Under the pieces are notes generated by a model, which saw only the letters and a list, made by a program, of their open reading frames with translations, did not search any database and was not told the DNA's origin. Of a stretch of DNA of 64,000 nt, positions 28,915 through 40,397 are shown piece after piece. Position 1 is the first letter of the stretch. Each line of letters opens with the position of its first letter. This DNA is from the human T2T-CHM13v2.0 reference genome, Homo sapiens. Made by a program: the position numbers and the translations under genes. The stretch lies in the NCBI RefSeq assembly GCF_009914755.1, contig NC_060947.1; one strand, given 5' to 3'.

Positions 28915-30373
28915 TCATAAAAAATGAGAGCAGAACACAATGAAATTAAAATTTAAGAAAAATAGAGAAAACCAAATGAAGGCAAAAGCTGGTTCTTTGA
29001 ATGGATCAATACAATTGATAAGCTTCTAGCTAGTCTAACCAACGAAAACACAAAGAAGACACAAATTATCAATGTCAGAAATGAAAGGAAAGAATTACTA
29101 CTAACTCCACAGACATTAAAAGGATAATGAAGGAATATTATGAACAACTCTATGCCCACAAATTTGGTAATTTGGATAAAATAGGCCAACTCCTTGAAAG
29201 GCAAAATCTACCAAAACCTGTACAAAGAGAAATAGATAATTTGAATAGGCTTATATATATATAAAAGTAGTTGAATCAATAATAACTTCCCCAAAATTAC
29301 TGGTTTCCAAGTGTTCACAGTTGAATTCTACTCAACATTTAAAGAAGAAATATTTCAATTTTCTACAGTCTGTTTAAAAAAAGGCAAACAGAAGAAATCT
29401 TCTTAACTCATTCTCTGAGGCCACCATTATCCTGACACCAAAACCAAGTAAAGACATTACAAGAAAAGAAAAACAGATGCCTATATTTTTCAAAGACATA
29501 GATACAGAAATTTCTAAACAAAATATTAGAAAATTGAATCCAGTATTAGGAAATTGAATCCAATAATGTATTAACAGAATTATACATCGTGATTACCAAA
29601 TGGAACTTATTCCAGGTATACAAGAGTGGCTCAACATTTAAAAATTCATTAATGAAAAGAAAAATATCATATGATTATATCAATATATGCACAAAAATTG
29701 ACAAAATCCAAAACCCATTTGGGATAAATATCCTCAGCAAACTAGGAATAGAAGGGAACTTTCTCAAGTTGATAAAGGGTATCTTAAAGAAAAACCTTTA
29801 GCTAACATCATGCTTAATGGCGAGAAAATATATTTACTCTTAAGATCAAGAAGCAAGCAAGATGCCTCCTCTTCTATTCAACAATGTAATGGAAGTTCTA
29901 GTTAATGCAATAATACAAGGAGAGGAAATATAACATGTACAGATTAAGGGGGAAGAAATAAAACTGTCTTTCTTCACAAATGATATGATTATTTATGTAT
30001 AAAATCTCAAAATCAATGTAATCTTGTAACTAATAAGTTACGGCAAGGCCACAGACTACAAGGTTAAAATGCAAAAGCCAGTCAGTTTCCTATAGGCCAA
30101 CAATAATTATTGGAATTATTGAAATTTGGAATTAAAAACCTAATTAGCACCACAAAAGTGAAATATTTAGGAAAAAAACCTAACAAAATATGTATAAGAG
30201 CTACACAAGAAAAATACAAAACTCTAATGAAAATAAAAAGTCTAAATAAATGGAATGATATTCCATATTCATGGATAGAATGACTCAATGTCAGTTCTTC
30301 CAAAATTGATCTAGAGATTCAACACAATTTCCTTGATAATTACTGAGCTAATTGCTTCATAAGTCAAAGGTAG

Positions 30374-31106
30374 TGTTGGGGTGCAGAGAATAATACCCCA
30401 AAGTATGAGGTGCTTTGGCATGCTGAACATTTTTGAAATAAAGGAAATTGGAAGGCCTTAGAAGCTGCCTTAGAACCAAGGACTTTCTAACCCTCCCTTG
30501 TTTCTCCCCACATCCTCAAGCGCAGGGAGGGGTTCTCTCTGGAAGTTCCTTCCTCTGACTGAGGAAAACTTCTTCTGAAAGAAATGCAGTTGTCTTAAGA
30601 TGCCTTCCCTAGGAATCTCATCAACTAACTGGGAAAGTTTAATACTGGAGAAGAGAAAAAACTAAATGTAGTCACCATGCCCAGACAGACTTTTCCTCTG
30701 TTTTTCAGAGGGCAGCTCGTAGAGATTACCTAAGAAACTTTATCTGCATAATAAAACAATCTTTGTTCACAGTGGATTTCTACCCCACACCTTCTGTCAT
30801 AACTTATAGGTCCCATTTAGCTTCCAAAGACAATCATTTACAAACTATTTTCTGCTCTTTGGGCTCATTCAATTCCCCAAAATTATTATTTACTACTCCT
30901 CAAAATTGCCTACACCTCCCATTTCTGTCTCCTCATAAATAGGATATTTAAGCCTCAACCATCTGGCCCTTCTTTGAGTCTTATATTTTATATGGCTCCC
31001 ATGCTTATATACATTAATACATGTGTATGCCTTTTCTCTTATTAATCTGTATATTGTCAGTTGTTTAGCACTTTAGAGGGAAGGGAAAATTCCTTTTGCC
31101 CCTACA
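30374..31106 (+). mobile_element. ERV1 solo LTR, MER39/MER34-group
   Basis: tgttgggg..aataccccaaag...gggaaaattccttttgcccctaca; TG...CA ends with 4-bp TSD gtag. Confidence 0.85.
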
Positions 31107-31353
31107 GTAGTTTCTTATTGCAAAGGATGTGACAAAAAAAAAAAAAGATAGATTCACACAAAATCACTGCATCTTACAAGAGTCCACTGGTAAGAGAAAT
31201 GGAAATGCAAAAGACACTTGCTCCATTGGAGAAAAAAATTGTCAGTTTCATCTCTTTGTCTACACATTTTGAATTTGTTCTCATGTTGAAATAACAATAC
31301 AGTAATTATTCACTCTCATATTTATGCTATCATGTTCAGTCTTTTGAATATGC

Positions 31354-31573
31354 CAGATGTCAGCAATTGGCAGCCCGTTGCCAAATTCAGTTTGATTCCT
31401 GTTTTTGTAAATAAAGTTTTATTGGATCATATCCCAGGTTATTGATTTGTGTATCATCTGTGGCTGCTTTTGTGCTAGTGGCAAGTTGAGTAGCTCCGAC
31501 CGTGACCACGTGGCTTGCAAAGCCAAATACGTTTACTATCTGACTCTTTACGGAAAATATTTACAGATCCCTG
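31354..31573 (+). mobile_element. MER58A hAT MITE
   Basis: cctgtttttgtaaataaagttttattgga..gtttactatctgactctttac..atccctg. Confidence 0.88.
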
Positions 31574-32561
31574 GCATTTATAATTTTTAGAAAACCTTCA
31601 GCACCCACAGGAAATGTGTAGCAGAAGTACAGCTGGTTTGTTAAGTTCAGGACTGCCCTAACAGGGATACTGTAGCTTTGTTTTAAGTTGTGCTAAAGAA
31701 AGTACAAAAAGTATATTTATGGTTGGCTGTGAAGAAGACTCAAAGTAAAACATTTTTATGCAATACATATCAATGTCCGTTTCACAATGGTTTAATTTAT
31801 GCTGTAACAGTGTGTGGTGCTAAAGTTGTTTTATAAAAATCATTTTATTGCAATTATAATTCTATTATACTTAATGGATGGTTGTGCCAGCCAAAAAACC
31901 TACTCTACTAAAAATAGAGTTTTAAAGATAGAATGGATCTTAGACATAATTGGATTCTTTTTTCAAGAGGGAAAATCATACTATAGAAATTAAGATTTTT
32001 TCTAATGACCATACCGTGATTGAATATCACTTTACCTCTGAACCCGCCTGAACATATTCTTGAAAGAAATATGAAAGTAGTTCAATATTGGACCCAGTGT
32101 CATTGAACCCAACCTGAGGGTCTACAGGCAATTTTTTGGTATTTGACTGATTGCCTACTATATTTTTCCTTGTTATTTTTCTTCTTCATTTGGTGGTAAT
32201 CTAATAAATAATGAAGCATGCCCTGCATCATCAAGATGGCTAACTTTCCATGTGACCCATTATGAGGTCTGCTACCTTTGTCTGTGTTTCCAATTGTTTG
32301 GTGCCAAATAATGCCCTTTAATTGTTGAAGGTAGTAAAAAAAAGAACCATGGATGAGGGGTGCCAGAATATGCCACCTCAAAATATGCCTCTTTGATATA
32401 TGGATTATTTTGAGCTAAAGATCATTGAGAATCAGCAGACACAGGAAAACCTTTAGAAACAGGGCACAAGATTTTGTTTCATATGTAAATTTACATGGGT
32501 AAAGAAAATATCCATTTGTCAAAGATATCTCCTTCTCCAACTATCAGCAAGAGAATAATTC

Positions 32562-32855
32562 TTTTTTTTTTTTGAGATGGAGTCTCACTCCGTAGCCAGG
32601 CTGGAGTGCAGTGTCGCACGATCTTGGCTCAATGCAACTTCTGCCTCTCAGGTTCAAGCTATTCTCCTGCCTCAGTCTCCTGAGTAGCTGGGAGTACAGG
32701 CGCGTGCCACCATGCCCAGCTAATTTTTGTATTTTTAGTAGAGATAGGGTTCCACCATGTTGGTCAGGATGGTCTCGATCTTTTAACCTCGCGATCTGCC
32801 CAGCCTCAGTCTCCCAGAGTGCTGGGATTACAGGTATGAGCCGCTGCTCCCGGCC
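32562..32855 (-). mobile_element. AluSc
   Basis: ggatggtctcgatc..acctcgcgatc diagnostics; 17-bp TSD agcaagagaataattct. Confidence 0.95.
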
Positions 32856-33086
32856 AGCAAGAGAATAATTCTAAACAACTGTTATTTAAATGATTTAAAT
32901 CTGCATGAGAAGCCTTACTAATCAACCCTTGCTTACTACACTTTACCTGGTCATCTTTCCACAACTTGCCTCCCCCACTGGGAAACCCAAAGTCCTGTTT
33001 GTTTTGTTTAGCCTAAGATGTTATATCAGCCCAAATCCGACCACACCTTAGAGTTAATCATCCTTGTCTGCTCCCATGTATACATG

Positions 33087-33821
33087 TGTAAACTAGAAAT
33101 ACAATCCTAAATGCGCCACCAATTGAATGAACCCCTTTTGGCCAAGAGGACCCCAGCAAAACCTTAAAAACTGAATTACTGGCCATGACAGGAAGGGGAG
33201 TCAACACACCTCATCATAACCCCTCCATTTTGGAGTTTAGGCACAGCAACTGACCAGGACTGATATTAAAATAGACATCATAAGACTGACAAAGCAGACT
33301 CATTGTGGCAGTAAGATACCAAATTATAAATAAGACCTATGGCCAGGCCAGACAATGGTTAAGTCATGCCTGTAGGGCATCAACCTTGCTACACAGCATC
33401 CTTATCTTAAAGATGCCTTTCTGCTGACTCCAAGTTTGAGACAGAGCCTTGCTCTTTAACCAATTACAAATTAAAGAATCTCTGAATCCACCTATGATCT
33501 GTAAGCCCCCTCTGTAAGCTATCTCACCTTTTGGGGCTGGAACAATGTATACCTTCTATGTACTGATTTATATTTTTCCCTTTAATTTATGTCTCCCTGA
33601 AGTGTTAGGTTGGTGCAAAAGTAATTGTACTTTTCGCCATTGAAGGTAACTGCAAAAATCATGATTACTTTTGCATCAACCTAATATAAAACCAAACTGT
33701 TACCCTGCCTCCCGGGTTTTTCTCAGGATTCCTTGAGACTGTGTTTCCTTGGACTGAATTCACTCATTGGTGCAGAATAAACATCTTTAAAACATATTAG
33801 TGTTTTCTTTTTCTGTTAACG
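33087..33821 (+). mobile_element. MER4E-like ERV1 solo LTR
   Basis: tgtaaac..ttggccaagaggaccccag..aaaccttaaaaactgaatt..tttggagtttaggcacagcaactgacc; 4-bp TSD catg. Confidence 0.85.
33605..33684. mobile_element. Made1 MITE, full length 80 bp
   Basis: ttaggttggtgcaaaagtaatt ... attacttttgcatcaacctaa palindromic TIRs. Confidence 0.95.
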
Positions 33822-34299
33822 CATGCACAAGGCATGTGGTAATGAACTTTTGTTTTTCTCTTGTTAATCTGTCTTTTGCCAGTTCATTTTACAGGGCCCC
33901 ACCCAGAGTTCCTAAGATGAGTAGAGAAAGAAGGTATTATTTTCTCCCCTACCCTGTCCAGGTACATAAATGATGCATTTATTTTTGTGAACACCAAATG
34001 GCCTCAACCCAGGTTGCTTGGGTGAACTTCACTGCGTGTATGATGAGCAGAGGTGGCCCTGATGGTTTTGTGCATCACTCTGCTGTTGGCTATGCCAGAA
34101 TCAGAACACTTGCATGCGGTAGCTGCTTCCACAATTATGTTCTGAGCAACCATTTAGTCTCAGCAAAGCAGCAGCTTCCATCACGTTCAATTACTGCTAA
34201 TTTAGATTTTATTGCTCTGTAGTTTTGTTTGCTTTTAACTGACAAAATTGCTTTGATTTCATTGTCTTATAAAAGCTAAAGATCTATGAGTTAATCATT

Positions 34300-34511
34300 T
34301 GTATTTGTATCTATATATATTATGTATATAAATGTATCTACATATATACATTATGTATGTAAATGCATCTACATATATACATTATGTATATAAATGTATC
34401 TACATATACATTATATAGAAATACAAATATATATACATTATATAGAGATACAAATATATACACATTATATATAGATAGATGTAGATATATATATTTATAC
34501 ATATGTACATA
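34300..34511. repeat. AT-rich degenerate ~30-bp tandem / (TA)n low complexity
   Basis: attatgtatataaatgtatctacatatatac repeated about 3 times, then related units. Confidence 0.85.
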
Positions 34512-34579
34512 TCAAGAAGGTAATTTAAGTCAACACTAGAAGTCAAGGAGACTGTTTCTTTTATCATTTTTTGATGTTT

Positions 34580-34907
34580 GATTTATTTTACAAAATTGTA
34601 GAACATATACATGACATAAAATCTACCATTATAACTATTTTTAAGTGTACAGTTCAGTGGTATTAAGTACATTCATATTACTGTGCAACTATCACTAGCA
34701 TCCATCTCTAGAACTTTTTTCATCTTCCCAAATTGAAACTCTATACCCATTAAATACTACCTTCTGATTCTCCCCTCTCTCCAGCCCTGGCAAATATCAT
34801 TCTGCTTTCTGACTCTGTGAATTTAATGTCTTGAAGTACCTAATATGAGTGGAATCATACAAGTACAGCATTTGTCCTTTTCTGACAGGTTTATTTTTCT
34901 TAGCATG
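34580..34907 (-). mobile_element. L1MB 3' end
   Basis: ttttaagtgtacagttcagtggtattaagtacattcat..ccatctctagaac..gagtggaatcatac. Confidence 0.88.
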
Positions 34908-35811
34908 CCTTTCCCTTTGCAGGACATCAAAGCAATGCACATGTTTGAGAAAGTCTGTGGTCTCCTATAAAGCATTTACACCTGGCTCTTCTAAGTTAAC
35001 TTTTGTCACACATGCACAGGAATGTGTGACTGCCTGAGGAGGTGGATTGCAGATCACGCTGGCTGTAAATAGTGGGAGTATTTCCATAGCCTAGCAATTT
35101 GTGGGGACACATCAACTGAAGTAGCCCTGCCTTGCTGTTTTTACTTAATTTAGCAGGAGAGGTGGGGCTGCTGAAATTTAGCCCCTCTCAGGGTGGGCTA
35201 TCAGGTCAGATTTCATATTTGTGTCATGTGTCTCTTTGTTCTATAAGCCTTTAGTTGGGTTTGGCTCTGGAAGCTCAGTTGCAGGCAGACTGTCTACTCC
35301 AGCTGCCAAAAATGAGCAGGCTCCCTTGTGTTGTAGCCTGGGCTCCTTATAGAATCTTGGTGTGATGTGCTGCCAGGGCTGTCCTGCTGAGAGACAGTGG
35401 TGAATGCTTCCAGGGCACGATGTCCCATAATGTTCTAGACTCTCATTTCTGCTGACCTTTTATTACATATGATAATAATGATGGTGGTGCCTACAATAGT
35501 GGTTGATATTTTCTAGAAGAAATAATACATGTGGATTGATTCCTCCAGCCACAGAAGCATGGTTTCCTCTTTTTAGACTATTAGAGTTCATTCAAACAAC
35601 ATGTGATTGGGTCATGTATTGTTCACCAGTATAAACACAGCACCTATATACTCGGATTGCCTCTCTTCTTTTCTGGTTGCCTTGAGACAATTGAAAGAAA
35701 CTACTTGGTGTCAGGGCCATTGTAAACACTGGTAATGGCCAGGTACTGATTGATCATGATGGACCTTGCATAAGCTGTTATTACTTCTATAAACCTTAAT
35801 TAAGAAGGGGG

Positions 35812-36181
35812 TGTATTAGTCTGTTTTCATGCTGCTAATAAAGACATACCTAAGACTGGGTAATTTATATAGGAAAAAGGTTTAATGGACTTACAGTTCC
35901 ACATGGCTGGGAAGCCTCACAATCATGGTGGAAGGCAAGGAGGAGCAAATCATGTCTTACATGGATGGCAGCAGGCAAAAAGAGAGAGCTTGTGCAGGGA
36001 AACTCCCATTTTTAAAACCATCAGATCTCATGACACTTACTCACTATCATGAGTACAGCATGGGAAAGACCTGTCCCCATGATTCAATTACCTCCCACCA
36101 AGTTCCTCCCACAACACATGGGAACTGTGGGAGTTACAATTCAAGTTGAGATGTAGGTGGGGACACAGCCAAACCATATTA
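35812..36181 (-). mobile_element. THE1B solo LTR
   Basis: tgtattagtctgttttcatgctgctaataaagacatacc...ggggacacagccaaaccatatta; TSD ggggg. Confidence 0.93.
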
Positions 36182-38135
36182 GGGGGAATAAAAAGTCTCT
36201 TCTTCGTTGCAATTTTTTTTTTCTGCTCTAAGCTGATTTTGCTTTGAGCACTGTGAGACCCATCATTTATTTCCCATTGATGCACATATAATATTTTGGA
36301 GTAACTTCTGACCATTTTTCTCCTTGACCTCTCTTCTCCACTTATTCACCAAGTCCAAAAGAGTCTTCCCGCTAAGTGCATCTTGTAGTGATCACTCTTT
36401 TCCTTCTCCTTACCCATAGGCTAATCTTTTCATTAGACTTTGGCAGTAGCTTCCTAGCTCATATTGTGTTCCACCTTCACCCCCCTCATTATACAACGAA
36501 TGGGGTTATCTTCCTAGATTCAACTCTGCTCAAAACTTCTGTTGGTCAGATATTGTAACAGGTAATATTTAAGGCCCTATAAAATGTGGCCATTATGAGA
36601 ATTTCTGTTACTTGCCACGAGAACACACTTACGTGATTTTTCTACTTCAAACCTCTCATAGCCAAACTGTCATCTTATGTACATATATTGTCTGCTGATT
36701 CATAGAACCTCAAAGCTCTGTGTGAAGCAGTCCTCCCTGCCTCCCTCCTTCCTCCTTTCCTTCCTTTTCAATCTTACCCCTCATTCTCTATGCACCAACA
36801 ACACTATCTTCCTTTGTATCTGAATACACTAAGCCTCTCACTGCTCAGCATCCTTTGTAGACAGTGTTCCCTCTTCTGGCAAACGCTTCTCTAAACCTCT
36901 TCACATGGCTTCATGGCTGCTGCCTTTTTATCTTTCCATTTGCAAATGAAATGTCCTTTCTGTAGAGAATTCATGGATTCTATTTCTTGCAATGCCTTGG
37001 TAAAAGCAGCCTCCCAGAAGTTTCATGCAACAATTCTGTCTACAGCCCACTTGTAAACACAAGAACCTTCAGGCTTTTTCTGCTCATGTATGGCAAAAAT
37101 TACATACTCCACATTTTTTGTCTACTACATGTGACAAATTTACCAAATGTTTTTAAGGTCATCAGGTATCTAGCCTAAAATATCAGTGTCTTTGCTGCCT
37201 GCTCCTAATATAAGCAATGCCACATTTTTGTTGTAATTGTTATTGTTATTTAGCACCATACTTCTGTTATCATTTTCCATAGAGGTTAGGACATAAGCTA
37301 AATTGCTGTAAAACTGAGATCCAAAAACATGGTAGTGCAAACAAGATAAGAATTTATTTCTTTCTGACCCAATTCAGCCCCAACTCTGTATATAGTTAGG
37401 CTTTGTTCTAGGAAGCCATCGAGAGATAGGGTTTTTTGGCTTGTTCTCTTCCTCACCAATAGGCTGCCTGCTGCAGAGTGGGTATTTTATTTCTCATTCA
37501 GCCTCATCTCACCTAGTATTTGTTGGTGCTTGTCCCCATCCAGGGAGACTTTTGCATCCAACTTGACATATCCTGCCTGCACTGATTTCAACAAGAGCTC
37601 ATTGTTTTAGCCCTTCATGGAGGACCTTCAGTTTTGGGGAGCTGACCTGTGCTGACTTAGCTGAGACCTGCAGATGCAGATACCTTCTCTAGGCACCTTC
37701 CTACCACCTATTGACAGTTACTCTGATAGCCTTTCATTACACATTGCATTTTGATGTTACACATTTTTCCCTTCGTTTTACCAAAGATGAAATTTGTGTT
37801 TCTGCTTCTTATTTGCCTAATTTTTAAGGGGTGATTTCCAAGGAGCTCTCTGGAAGTCAGGTGAGGGGGGTGTAAATAATGTGAAGTGCATTATTTCTCT
37901 GACATAAGGTAACTTTAAACATTGAACTCACTGGGGCACTGAGGCCATAATGTATAAAAATTTAAGCTAAACAGGAACAGAGTACACATCCTAACAAATA
38001 ATTTTAATTTTTCTTATTTCTACATATGGTGTAAGGAGCATCAATTATGCACCATTTTAGATGTGACCTGTTATTTAATCTGCTCCAGATATGAAAGACA
38101 AAAGGAAAAATGGTGACTTAGCAAAGTTAAGTAAC

Positions 38136-38606
38136 TGTGATGGTTAATTTTATGTGTCAACTTGACTGAGCCACAGGGCATCCAGACATTTGGCCTAACA
38201 TGATTCTGCATATGTCTGTGAGGGTGTTTCTGGATGAGATTCTCATTTGGATCCACAGAGTGAGTAAAGCAGATTGTCCTCCTTGCTATAGGTATGGCCT
38301 CATCTGGTCAGTTGAAGACCTGAGTAGAACACAAGGGCTGAGTAAGAGGGAACTCCTTCTGACTCACTACCTGAGCTGGAACGTGGATCTGGAACATTGG
38401 TTTCTGGAGTTCAGACTCACAGTGAAATATTGGCTGTTTGGGGTCTTGAACCTGTCACCTTGTGGACTAGAAATTACACCATTGGCTTTCTCAATTCCCT
38501 GGACTTGAACTTGAACTGGGCTCTCCTGAGCCTCAAGCTTGCTGACTGCAGATCTTGGAACTTCTAGCCTCCATAATTCCATGAGCTAATTCCTCATAAT
38601 AAATGT
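38136..38606 (+). mobile_element. MLT2 (ERVL) LTR, MLT2D/B-like, inserted into a MIR
   Basis: tgtgatggttaattttatgtgtcaacttgactg..gagtaaagcagattgtcctcc..gcttgctgactgcagatcttggaacttctagcctccataat. Confidence 0.88.
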
Positions 38607-40099
38607 CTTCACGTATAGGAATGGGATAGATAGGGGCGTAAAGGAATATCTTAAGGAATTGAAATGTCCAATATTTGTATCTGAGTGTTGGCTGCCCTGG
38701 TAGAAGCATTTGCCAGAATTGATTGAGTTCTACTGTAAGAGTCCTGTATTTTGTTGGATTCAAATTATGCCCCAGTAAAGCCTTATTAACATGTCAAGAA
38801 AATCACACAACTAGTTAATGGCAGAGATTGCATTACAGCAGATTTCTGTGTAATCTCCAAGTGCATACTCTGACCTCCATATCACACTAACCTGCACAGT
38901 GGGAGGTATATGCAGTGACTAATAGTGATTACCAATATGCTACTTAGAAACCTTTCAGGGTTCATGTTTTCTACTCCAGCATTTCTTATTAATTTGAATT
39001 ATGAGTTCGTATTTAGTTAGACAGGATGATCGATTGAGATTGGTGTTTTTCAGTGCATTGCATTTATTACATTCCATCAAGGAGTAAGGAGATGGCACAC
39101 AACTGAATTCTCCAGGTAACTTAAACTCCAGTGTAACTTTTTCATTGATCAAATAAATGAGCTGTTAGACTGGTTGTCATGGGAAATCTTTTAACAAGAG
39201 TGATGTATATCCCCTCCTTCAGGGTATAATGATTATTATGGAGCCCTTTGCTTGACTGCCAATGTTGTGAACTTCAGCTCTTCCCTTCTGCTGTGTGTCT
39301 TCGTATAGGCAGACAGATAGCTATACCATTACAGGCTTACATTCAGAGTCATAAGGAGGCGAATTTCTTTTTGTTCCCACACAAAATGGCAATGAGATGG
39401 CTGAGTTTTATTTTTTTTTCCCTCTGTTTTTTAACTGGCAGAACATCACTTCTCAGTTTTCAACACTGCCCATTTTTCTGACCTCCCTGCTTAGTTCTCC
39501 TTTCTACCCAGTTTATTATCTCTTATAGTTGCCTGTATAATATCAATGCATGCCATTACGGAAAATGCTCAGCAGTCATAATTAGAAGACACACACTGAT
39601 GGAAGTCCTTGAATGGTGAGCATTCCTTTCTAAATTTGTAACAGCTATTTTACCTGAATGCATCATACGTTTTTGAGAACCAGTAGGTTTGTTGGAGATC
39701 ATAAATTTTCCATGTATATCTAGTGGAAAATGGAGAAGTGCAAGCGAATTACGGCATGCATCAGCTGAAAAAGCTTTTCGTATTTTGTGTGGCGTGTTTT
39801 ATTTTGTGTGTGTGGCATTTGGTGGTTTCCTATATGACTCTAAGCCAGATTCCCATTGGCTTTCAGACCCTTTAGGCAGGCTTGGTACGCAGTGGGGTCT
39901 TTTCCAGGAACAAGGTTGCATGATGGACTGATCTATAGGAACCTCAGAGAATGGAAAAATCAGAAAGAAATTGGGACCAATTCAAAGCCATAGTCTTTCA
40001 AGAGAGGGTAGTCCTCAGTAAATTAATGTTTCCTGATTCAAATCTGTCTCCAATCCAGGGAACTTGGACTTATTTCTTTGATTTTTACTTTTAATTTTA

Positions 40100-40397
40100 A
40101 TTATTTCTTTTCTTATTTTTTTTAGAGGTTGGGTCTCACTTGTTGCCCAGCCTGGAGTGCAATGGGGCCCCTATAGCTCACTGCAGCCTCTAACTTCAGA
40201 GCTCTAGCAATCCTCCCACCTCAGCCTCCCAAGTAGCTGAGACTACCTGTGTGCACCACCATGCCTGGATAATTTTTAAATTTTTTTTGTAGAAACTATG
40301 CCAGCCAGGCTGGTCTCGAGCTTCTAGCCTCAAGTGATCCTTTTGCCTTGGCCTCCCAAAGTGCTGAGATTACAGGCATGAGCCATTGTGCCTGGCC
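40100..40397 (-). mobile_element. AluJ
   Basis: atagctcactgcagcctctaac..gcaatcctcccacctcagcctcc..gagccattgtgcctggcc. Confidence 0.92.

Larger units (their letters stand above)
32354..33952 (+). mobile_element. MER34-family LTR hosting an AluSc and a MER4E
   Basis: ccagaatatgccacctcaaaatatgcctctttg..ggattattttgagctaaag; resumes after the inserts with ttctcttgttaatctgtcttttgccag..ttttctcccctac. Confidence 0.8.
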
